Part shown: positions 8,594 through 16,488 of the stretch, in pieces
How positions within the stretch are numbered: the stretch's first letter is position 1
Layout: each line of letters starts with the position of its first letter
DNA from: a virus
Length of the DNA: 64,000 bases
Virus record (IMG/VR): IMGVR_UViG_3300046727_000675
Coordinates: 1-64,000 of that record
Strand: one strand, 5' to 3'
Translations under genes and position numbers: made by a program
The notes under the pieces: generated by a model
Seen by the model: only the letters and a program-made list of their open reading frames with translations
What the model was told of the DNA's origin: nothing
The model's database searches: none

Positions 8594-10819
8594 TTGGCCA
8601 GCCCGAACAATTCGATTGTCATCCGCCCGCTGACGCAGCTGGCGTCGCTGTTCTCCGACAAGAAGCCGGCGTTCGAGGCCCCGGCGGGCTACATCGAGGG
8701 CGTCGACGCCGCGAAGTGGCCGTCGCCGCTGCAGCCCGTCGCGCCGATGGGCCCCGCCGGCACCGAGCCGAAGGCCTTCCAGTTCTACGAGGGGCAGAAC
8801 CTGCAGTGGACGCCGCGCTTCGACGCGGAGTACTCCGCCGCGGACCTCAAGGCGCTCGCCACCTACCCGCTCGTCCGCATCTGCATCGAGAACGTGAAGG
8901 ACGTGATCTGCGACATGCCGTGGCAGATCCGGCCGCGCCCGACGCCGGGCGAGTCGATCAAGGAGAACGCGAAGCGCGCGGCCGGCGACAAGGCGATCCT
9001 GAAGGCGACGCGCTTCCTCGAGCGCCCCGACGGCCAGCACACGTGGGACGAGTGGCTGCGCCCGTGGCTCGACGACCTCATCGTGATCGACGCGCCCACG
9101 GTCCTGGTGCGCCGCAACTTCGGCAAGGGCACGCGGCCCGGCGGCGACGGCGACCTCCGCGAGCTGCGCGTCCTGCGCGGCGACTCGATCTCCGTGTACA
9201 TCGACCAGAACGGCTGGAGCCCGAACCCGCCGTCGATCGCGTACGCCCAAAACTGGTGGGGCCTGCCGCTCGTGGACATGACGCGCGACCAGTGCCTGTA
9301 CCGCCCGCGGAACATCGCGCCGCGCAACACGGTGGCGTCGCAGCTCTACGGCTACTCCCCGGTCGAGCAGCTCGCGCCGGAGCTGCAGATCGGGATCGCC
9401 CGTCTCGCGTTCGTCCTCGCCTACTACAAGGACGGCTCGGTGCCGGGGGTCGTGCAGGTCGCGCCGAAGGGGACGACGCCGGAGCAGATCAAGGAGGCGG
9501 CGCAGTGGATCAACTCGGACATCGCGGGGAACCTCGCGAAGCGCCGGCAGTGGAACATCATCCAGGGCTTCCAGGAGGACGGGAAGGCCGAGCAGATCAT
9601 CATGACGAAGGAGCCGCTGCTCGCCGACCTCTACGACGAGAAGCACATCCGCGAGGTGGCGTTCGGCATCGGCGTCAGCCCGCAGCGGCTGATGAAGTCG
9701 ATGAACCGCGCGTCGGCGGAGCAGTCGGACGACGCGGCGGAGACCGAGGGCACGCGGCCGTACGTGCGGTCGGTGCGCGGCCTCATGAACCACGTGCTGC
9801 AGGTGGTGATGGGGCTCGAGGAGTACGAGTTCGTCATCGACCCGGTCAAAGAGCTGGACATGGCGAAGCAGGCCGAGGCGCTGACGGCGAAGGTCGGCAA
9901 GGCGCTGATGACGCCGAACGAGGGCCGCGAGGCGCTGGGCCTCGACCGCGACCCGACGCCCGAGGCCGACAAGCTCGGCGTGATCACAGGCACGGGCTTC
10001 GTGACGCTCGAGCAGACGGCGCAGGCGGCGAACACCGCGGCGCAGGCCGCAGTTCAACCGGGAGGGAAAGATGGCGGTGATAACGCGCCGGTGGGTAAGC
10101 CGGGAGGAGCTGGAAAGGGAGCGGACGCGGGAAAGTCCGCGCGCTCGAAACCTAATGGACATGATCCAGCGGAGGATCATCGCGTACCGCGACCAGTTAA
10201 CTCGCTCGGGTTCGCCGCGGGAGCCGCGCCCGTAGCGCCTCCGGCGGTCGGCAAGTACTCCGAGGACGAGGCGCGCGACGAGCAGGGGCGGTGGACAGAG
10301 GGCGGAGAATCTTCGGCTGATGAGAAGGAGAAGTTGAGTAAAGCATTATGGAGCTGGCAGTCGGGCAGCGATGATGAAGGGGCAAAGGCCGAGCATTACA
10401 TCCAATCGGGCGAGCCGGAAGGCAGCGAGATCGTGAAGGGCATCCGGAACGAGACCTTCGGCGTGACGGCCTGGCGCGGCATGTTCGTTGAGAACGACGA
10501 CGCGATCCTTAAGCTGAAGACGGGGGACACGCTGCAGCTGATGCCGAGCTCGTTCAGCGATGACCGTAAAGTAGCCGCAAAGTTTTCAACGGGTGAGACG
10601 CTCGGGATGGAGGGCGAAAAGGGCTGGGGTGGGGTCATATTGCGCGTTAACAAGACCGCTGATGGGGCCGAGCCGCACGGCATCATGGTCGGCGACCGCG
10701 GTCATCCGGCTTGGCGGCAAGAAAATGAGATCATCACCGGCGGTCAGTTCACCGTGACGCGCGTCAACAAGTCGAAGAAGGCTACAACGCTTTTTATCTC
10801 GCAGAAGGGGATATTCTGA
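8594..10819 (+). CDS. Portal protein with a C-terminal ADP-ribosyltransferase-like extension
   Basis: Portal motifs 'LYGYSPVEQ', 'YYKDGSVPG', 'AFGIGVSPQRL', 'MTPNEGREALGL'; then a linker, the KYSED tag and an R-S-E motif set (WRG, SSFS, QENE). Confidence 0.9.
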   Translation: MASPNNSIVIRPLTQLASLFSDKKPAFEAPAGYIEGVDAAKWPSPLQPVAPMGPAGTEPKAFQFYEGQNLQWTPRFDAEYSAADLKALATYPLVRICIENVKDVICDMPWQIRPRPTPGESIKENAKRAAGDKAILKATRFLERPDGQHTWDEWLRPWLDDLIVIDAPTVLVRRNFGKGTRPGGDGDLRELRVLRGDSISVYIDQNGWSPNPPSIAYAQNWWGLPLVDMTRDQCLYRPRNIAPRNTVASQLYGYSPVEQLAPELQIGIARLAFVLAYYKDGSVPGVVQVAPKGTTPEQIKEAAQWINSDIAGNLAKRRQWNIIQGFQEDGKAEQIIMTKEPLLADLYDEKHIREVAFGIGVSPQRLMKSMNRASAEQSDDAAETEGTRPYVRSVRGLMNHVLQVVMGLEEYEFVIDPVKELDMAKQAEALTAKVGKALMTPNEGREALGLDRDPTPEADKLGVITGTGFVTLEQTAQAANTAAQAAVQPGGKDGGDNAPVGKPGGAGKGADAGKSARSKPNGHDPAEDHRVPRPVNSLGFAAGAAPVAPPAVGKYSEDEARDEQGRWTEGGESSADEKEKLSKALWSWQSGSDDEGAKAEHYIQSGEPEGSEIVKGIRNETFGVTAWRGMFVENDDAILKLKTGDTLQLMPSSFSDDRKVAAKFSTGETLGMEGEKGWGGVILRVNKTADGAEPHGIMVGDRGHPAWRQENEIITGGQFTVTRVNKSKKATTLFISQKGIF

Positions 10820-13800
10820 CCGTGCAGATTGTCGAGTACAACTCGGAGCTGTTGACGGTGCCATTCGACCCGCAGCGGATGACGCGCGGGAAGACGGAGA
10901 AGCTCGCCAAGTACTCGGAGGACGAGGCGCGCGACGAGCAGGGACGGTGGAGCTCTTCCGGCGGCTCCGGCGAGAACCGCCAGTTTCTCGACATCGTCGC
11001 CGAAGACCACGGGGCGAAGGTTGACTCGAGCGGCGTGACGGGCTCATTCGAACTGAAGCGCGACGAGACGTTCTACCGCGCGGAGGCCAATCCCGATCGC
11101 GCGCGGCGCTCTGGGTTGAAGGCGAGCCTGCCGCCGGAGGTAGCGGAGGGCGCCGACAAGGAAGATCACAAGGCCCTGACCGGCGTGTACCTCACCGATA
11201 AGGAGACGGCGACCGCGTACTTGAACGGACGCCTCGATGGCAAGGGCGAGGTGATCGCGGTCCATCTTCCGGAGGGGACGAGAATCTACCAGGACCCCGT
11301 GGACGACGAGGCGATCTTCGTGCGGGAGAGCCTTCCATCGCACGCGGTCGAGGGCGGCAGGCAGATGAGGGTATTCAAGCTCTCCCACGGCGACGCGCGG
11401 ACGATCATCCACCCGGGGCGCCTAGCGCCGACGTCGATCCTGGCGAAGCACCGGCTCGAGAAGATCCTGGCCAACGCCTTCGGCAAGATGCGCCGGAAGA
11501 CGGTGCGCGCGCTGCGGCGCGAGGCGGGGATCGCGGCGAAGGCGCTGCTCTCCAAGCAGCGCAAGTTTGACTCCGTGCAGTTCAATCTCGACGAGGCGGA
11601 CGCAAAGAAGGTCCTCGCGATCGCGGTCGACGAGCAGGACTGGGACCCGAAGGGACGCGACCTCGAGCCGCACGCCACGGTGCTGTTCGGCTTTGACGGC
11701 GCGACGTTCGACCAGGTCGAGGCGCTCACGCGCGGCACGGGTGACTGCCCCGCGGAGCTCGGCGAGCTGTTCTGCTTCCCGGCCGGAGACCACGGGTCGC
11801 CGCTGGTGATCCGGTTGAAGTCGCCGGAGCTGGTCGCGCTGCACGACAGGCTGTCCGCGCTGCCGCACACGGACACGCACGATGAATACATCCCGCACGT
11901 CTGCGTCGGCTATCTTAAGCCCGAGGCGGCGGAGAAGTATGTCGGTAAAGACTATGCGGGCCAGGGTGAGACGATCGTCCTCAAGGATCTGATCTTCTCG
12001 CTGCGCGACAAGACGCGCTTGTCGTTGGAGAAGGCGCTCGAGTATCTGAAGTATAGTGAAGATCAAGCAAGAGATGAGAATGGAAGATTTGCGTCTGAAG
12101 AAGACTCTGAGGGACGCGCAAAAACAATTTTGTACCATGGAACTACCGAAGAGGTAGCAAAAAAGATTTTTGATGAAGGATTAGACGCTTCAAGAGCTCC
12201 TGGGGGAACCTTTGCCACTGATTCCAAGCTTAGCGCGTTGGGGTACGCGAAGGGAGGAGCAAAATTTGAAGCTATTGAACGGGGAATGTCGAAGGAAGAT
12301 CGTAACAATCAATTAATCGGATTGGTGATCATAAAAGACCCCGAAAAAGCGGGGTTCAAGTATCTTCAAGGAGCCCCGGGATATTATTCTTCTACTAGCA
12401 ATGTTTCTCCTAACTTTGTAGATCGTGTTGAATTTTATAGATATGGAGATATATCGTCTTCAAATCCAAAACCAGCAAAAATTATTTCTAAAAATGCGTC
12501 AAAAAATAGTGTGGAAATTTACGTTCCAATTTTACTGAAAGAAAGTAAGACTGAGAAATTTACGAAGGCACTCGACGACGCGACGCAGCAGATCCTCGAC
12601 TCGCTCGCCGCGGAGTGGGAGGCGCTGGCGAAGGCCGCCGTCCTGCCGCTGACCGACGCGTCGACCGCGGGCGCCGACGCCGGCGCGCTGCAGCTCGACA
12701 TCACCGGCGACGACATGCTCGGCCGGGTCAACACCGTGGCCCGGGAGTGGGCCGCGGACCGCGCCGCGGAGCTGGTCGGCATGCGGTTCACGGATGACGG
12801 CGACCTGGTTCCGAACCCCGACGCGCGCTGGGCGATCTCCGATACGACGCGGGAGAGGTTGCGCGACGCGATCGCGCGGGTCTTCGCGGAGGAGCAGCCG
12901 ACGCTGAAGGACATCGAGGACGCGATCGCGGACGCGGGGATCTTCGACGACAACCGCGCGACGATGATCGCCCGGACCGAGGTCAGCCGGGCGCAGGCGC
13001 AGGGGAACCTCGACGCCTGGAAGACGAGCGGGATGGTCGAAGAGGTCAACTGGGTCCTGTCCGACGATCACGATGACGATGATATCTGCAATGAGAACGA
13101 AGAGGAGAGCCCGTACGCGCTGGGCGAGGTGCCGGAGTTCCCGGCGCACCCCAACTGCATGTGCGGGCTGACGCTCGGCCGGCTGAAGGGCGAGCCGGAG
13201 GACGCGGAGAAGGTGCTGAAATACTCGGATGACGAGGATCGCGACGAAAATGGACGTTGGACCGGTGGTGCCACGCACGGAACGTCGGTGTCCGCGGCGA
13301 AGAAGATCATGAAGGAAGGAATTAAATCAGGAAAAGTTTTAGGAAATGGGCAGCTCGGCTCTGCCTATGTCTCGCGCGACCCCGTGGTGGCGTTGTCGTT
13401 CGCGAAAGAAGCTGGGATGAACGAGTACACGCGGCTTTATCCTAACGCGCGCGTCGCTGAGCTTGACAGCAAAGCGAAGGCCGCTCTCGTGGTTCTCAAG
13501 CCTGGCGTAGAAAATAATTGGACACAGGAGCCCGATCGCCAGATTTTTAGGACCGAGAAGACGATTCCGGCTTCTAAGATTGATCGTGTGGAGATTTATT
13601 CGGTGAAGTCGATCAAGGATAGCATTGGCACGGGAAGTCTTCCGACCCCGGAAAAAATTATTCGCAAGGACGCTTCATCATCTGAGGAAGACACATTTTA
13701 CATCGCGGCAATCTTTGAAGAGAATGCGGAGGAGAGCTAGCATGCCATACTCGACCGTAGATCAGGTTCCGTCCTACGTGCCGGCGGGAAAGCGCGCGCA

Positions 13801-13969
13801 GTGGATGGCCGTCTGGAACTCGGCGCGCAAGGCCGCGCTGAAGGACGGGATGCCGGACAAGGACGCGGAGGCGAAGGCGTTCCGCGAGGCCAACGGCGTC
13901 GCCGGGCCCGGGTCGGAGAAGATCACGAAGTATAGTGACGACCAAGAACGCGATGATCATGGACGTTGG
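10253..13969 (+). repeat. Dispersed 42-nt / 14-aa repeat K-YS[ED]D[EQ]xRD[ED]xGR[WF], five copies
   Basis: Copies at 10253-10294, 10909-10950, 12049-12090, 13219-13260 and 13928-13969; the first two are near-identical at DNA level. Confidence 0.95.
10822..13740 (+). CDS. MuF/SPP1 gp7-like head morphogenesis polyprotein with three ART-like domains and a 2H phosphoesterase (Acb1-like) domain
   Basis: MuF core 'RATMIARTEVSRAQAQG...W...C...PAHPNCMC'; HATV and HVCV 2H motifs; YHGT and HGTS ART motifs; three KYS[ED]D tags. Confidence 0.85.
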   Translation: MQIVEYNSELLTVPFDPQRMTRGKTEKLAKYSEDEARDEQGRWSSSGGSGENRQFLDIVAEDHGAKVDSSGVTGSFELKRDETFYRAEANPDRARRSGLKASLPPEVAEGADKEDHKALTGVYLTDKETATAYLNGRLDGKGEVIAVHLPEGTRIYQDPVDDEAIFVRESLPSHAVEGGRQMRVFKLSHGDARTIIHPGRLAPTSILAKHRLEKILANAFGKMRRKTVRALRREAGIAAKALLSKQRKFDSVQFNLDEADAKKVLAIAVDEQDWDPKGRDLEPHATVLFGFDGATFDQVEALTRGTGDCPAELGELFCFPAGDHGSPLVIRLKSPELVALHDRLSALPHTDTHDEYIPHVCVGYLKPEAAEKYVGKDYAGQGETIVLKDLIFSLRDKTRLSLEKALEYLKYSEDQARDENGRFASEEDSEGRAKTILYHGTTEEVAKKIFDEGLDASRAPGGTFATDSKLSALGYAKGGAKFEAIERGMSKEDRNNQLIGLVIIKDPEKAGFKYLQGAPGYYSSTSNVSPNFVDRVEFYRYGDISSSNPKPAKIISKNASKNSVEIYVPILLKESKTEKFTKALDDATQQILDSLAAEWEALAKAAVLPLTDASTAGADAGALQLDITGDDMLGRVNTVAREWAADRAAELVGMRFTDDGDLVPNPDARWAISDTTRERLRDAIARVFAEEQPTLKDIEDAIADAGIFDDNRATMIARTEVSRAQAQGNLDAWKTSGMVEEVNWVLSDDHDDDDICNENEEESPYALGEVPEFPAHPNCMCGLTLGRLKGEPEDAEKVLKYSDDEDRDENGRWTGGATHGTSVSAAKKIMKEGIKSGKVLGNGQLGSAYVSRDPVVALSFAKEAGMNEYTRLYPNARVAELDSKAKAALVVLKPGVENNWTQEPDRQIFRTEKTIPASKIDRVEIYSVKSIKDSIGTGSLPTPEKIIRKDASSSEEDTFYIAAIFEENAEES

Positions 13970-15703
13970 ACCGAGGCAGCTTCAACCAAGAAAGATCATC
14001 GTGATGCTATGAAGTGGCACGACGCGAAAGCGGCGGAGGAAGAAGCTGCAGGACATCCGGTGACGGCAGATTACCACCGTGAAGCTGCAGGAAAACATCA
14101 ATATGCGGTCAGCATGGCAGGGAAAAATGGTCCTGGTGTTGACCCGGATCATTCAAAATCAGCAAATCGATCTTCAAAAGAAGCTAACCGGGCTTCTCAG
14201 TACGCGGCAAGACAAGATAAAGAAAAATCATCAGGAGGTGAAATGAAGAAGACCGAGGTGCCGGACAACGAGAAGCAGAGCCAGGTCGGGGTCGGCTACG
14301 AGAACCCGAGCTCCCGGCCGGGCGCGACGTGCGCCGGCTGCGTCCACTTCATCTCGCCCGACCGCTGCGAGCACGTGCAGGGCCCGATCGCCGCGGCGGC
14401 GTGGTGCCTGAAATTCATCAAGTGCGCTGAGGAGGAAAAGACCGTGACGACGACGCTCAAGAAGTTCATCCCGTTCGCGAAGGTGGACAACTCGATCGAC
14501 CCCGCGACCAAGCTGCCGCGCCGCGAGGTGTGGGGCATCGTCACCGCCGAGGTCCCCGACAAGGAGGACGAGGTCTGCGACTACGCGAAGTCAAAGCCGT
14601 TCTACCAGGCGGTGATCGACGAGATGTCCAAGGCCACGGACGGCAGGAACATGTTCCCGCTGCGCGAGATGCACGGGCTCTCCGCCGCGGGCAAGTGCAT
14701 TGGCTTCGAGTTCCGCGACGCCGACCGCGAGATCTTCATGGGCTTCAAGGTCGTCGACGACCAGGCCTGGAAGAAGGTCGACGAGGGCGTGTACACGGGC
14801 TTCAGCCAGGGCGGGTCGCTCGTCGGCGCGCTGGCGCCGGACCCGGTCTTCGAGGGCTGCATGCGCTACACGGCGAACCCGAGCGAGGTGTCGCTGGTCG
14901 ACAACCCGTGCCTCGCGGCCGCGCACTTCGCGTACGTGAAGGCGGACGGCTCGGTCGAGCTGCGTAAGTTCAAGCGGACGGAGGTCGCGCCGACGTCTAC
15001 GCGGCTCGAGAAGCTGGAAAAAGAAGTTGCGGATCTTCGTAAGGCGACGGGCACGGCCCCGCTCACGAAGACGGTCGACGGCGAGGCGCTCGCCGCGGAC
15101 GCGTTCGCGATCGCCGGCGACGCGAAGAAAGTTTCCACGTGGCGGCTGCCGCTCAGGTTCGCGACGAAGCAGAAGTCGGCGGCCTACGTGGCGCGCGCCG
15201 CGCTGCTCGTCAAGTTCAGCCCGAGGCTGTTCACGGACGCGGAGGCGAAGCAGGCCCTGAAGGCGATCGCGACGGCCGCGGACTGGGCGGGGGTGGACCC
15301 GCTGGCCGTCGTCCTCGAGTTCATCAAGGTGGGCGACCTCCTGCGCGGCGGGCTGCGCAAGCGCGTCAACAAGCTGGCGAAGACCCGGGACCCGGGCCAC
15401 CGGCTGAGCTTCGTGGACGCGGACCTCGGGAAGATGTCGATCGTCGCGCAGCGCCCGGCGAACGCGCAGGCGGACCTGGAGAAGGGCATGTACGAGGTCG
15501 GGCAGCTCGCCTGCCTCGTGCAGCAGCTCTCGTACCTCGTCTACGCCGCGGTGTACGAGCGCGAGCAGGAGCAGGACGGGTCGCTTCTCCCGCAGGACCT
15601 GACGGAGAACGTCGACGCGCTGCTCGACACGCTCGTCGCGATGCTCGCCGAGGAGGCGGGCGAGCTCAGCGAGGAGCTGAACTCGCGGGCCCACGGCGCC
15701 TAG
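13742..15703 (+). CDS. Prohead maturation protease (XkdF/HK97-like) with N-terminal ChaB-like, His-rich and HiPIP-like domains
   Basis: 'MPYSTVDQVPSYVP...WMAVWNSA' is ChaB-like; protease core 'VWGIVTAEVPDKEDE', 'LREMH', 'YTGFSQGG', 'EVSLVDNPC'. Confidence 0.85.
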   Translation: MPYSTVDQVPSYVPAGKRAQWMAVWNSARKAALKDGMPDKDAEAKAFREANGVAGPGSEKITKYSDDQERDDHGRWTEAASTKKDHRDAMKWHDAKAAEEEAAGHPVTADYHREAAGKHQYAVSMAGKNGPGVDPDHSKSANRSSKEANRASQYAARQDKEKSSGGEMKKTEVPDNEKQSQVGVGYENPSSRPGATCAGCVHFISPDRCEHVQGPIAAAAWCLKFIKCAEEEKTVTTTLKKFIPFAKVDNSIDPATKLPRREVWGIVTAEVPDKEDEVCDYAKSKPFYQAVIDEMSKATDGRNMFPLREMHGLSAAGKCIGFEFRDADREIFMGFKVVDDQAWKKVDEGVYTGFSQGGSLVGALAPDPVFEGCMRYTANPSEVSLVDNPCLAAAHFAYVKADGSVELRKFKRTEVAPTSTRLEKLEKEVADLRKATGTAPLTKTVDGEALAADAFAIAGDAKKVSTWRLPLRFATKQKSAAYVARAALLVKFSPRLFTDAEAKQALKAIATAADWAGVDPLAVVLEFIKVGDLLRGGLRKRVNKLAKTRDPGHRLSFVDADLGKMSIVAQRPANAQADLEKGMYEVGQLACLVQQLSYLVYAAVYEREQEQDGSLLPQDLTENVDALLDTLVAMLAEEAGELSEELNSRAHGA

Positions 15704-15779
15704 GATTTTTCACGCAGTCGGAAGGATTCACCCGCCGATCGGTCGCGCGGCGGGATTCGGAAGCGAAGGAGAAACAACG

Positions 15780-16418
15780 ATGAAGATTCAACTCGAAGAC
15801 CTCGTGAAGGCGCACTCGGGCCTCGCGAGCCACTTCACGAAGGCGGCGGAGTTCCACGCCGCGGCGCACGACCTGCACAAGGCCCACGCCGCGTTCGCGA
15901 AGGCCACCGCCGACGGCATGGAGGACGGCGACGTCCACAAGGGCTACTTCACGAAGGCCGCCGGCCACCACGAGGCGCACGCCGCGCTCCACAAGGGCAT
16001 GGCGGAGCACTCCGCCGGCATGGCCGCGGGCATGAACACCAAGGCCAAGGAAGTGGACCCGAACGACAAGGACGCCGTCGCGAAGGCCGCGCGGGAAGAG
16101 GCCGAGGCCAAGGCCGCGCTCGAGGCCGCCGCGGGCGGGACCGAGTCGGCGCTCGACAAGCTGATGACGGAGACCGTCGCGCGCGTCACGAAGAAGGCGC
16201 TCGAGGCCTTCGAGAGCGATCCGGCGATCGCCGCGCGCATTCAGGAGGGCGTGTTGAGCCGCGTGAACGCGGTGTTGGGAAGCACGATCGTCCCGACCAA
16301 GGTGAAGGGCGCGTTCGAGACGGCGCCGACGCTGATCAGGCGTCCCGGCCAGCCGGACCCGTCCGCCGCGGAGGTCGAGAAGGTCGACGCGTCGCTCCAG
16401 GACCTGGTGCAGGCGTAG
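15780..16418 (+). CDS. Probable scaffold protein (His/Ala-rich helical)
   Basis: Position between protease and capsid genes; strong AAGGAG RBS. Confidence 0.6.
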   Translation: MKIQLEDLVKAHSGLASHFTKAAEFHAAAHDLHKAHAAFAKATADGMEDGDVHKGYFTKAAGHHEAHAALHKGMAEHSAGMAAGMNTKAKEVDPNDKDAVAKAAREEAEAKAALEAAAGGTESALDKLMTETVARVTKKALEAFESDPAIAARIQEGVLSRVNAVLGSTIVPTKVKGAFETAPTLIRRPGQPDPSAAEVEKVDASLQDLVQA

Positions 16419-16488
16419 CTCGCAGCGGTTTTGACCCGCGCGCCGGACGCGCCGCGGAAATTTTGGCAGCACAGGAGCTGAGAACAAA

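Noticed and set aside
10822-13740. Inteins or introns as the explanation for the inserted domains
   Set aside because: No intein C/S...HN-C/S/T junctions or homing endonuclease motifs were seen, and the frames are continuous.
10817-13744. Stop-codon readthrough joining portal, MuF and protease into one protein
   Set aside because: Consecutive genes are in different reading frames, so simple readthrough cannot join them.
10253-13969. The 42-nt repeats as a CRISPR array or DGR template/variable repeats
   Set aside because: Copies are hundreds to over a thousand bases apart, in frame, and conserved mainly at protein level. No cas or reverse transcriptase gene is seen.
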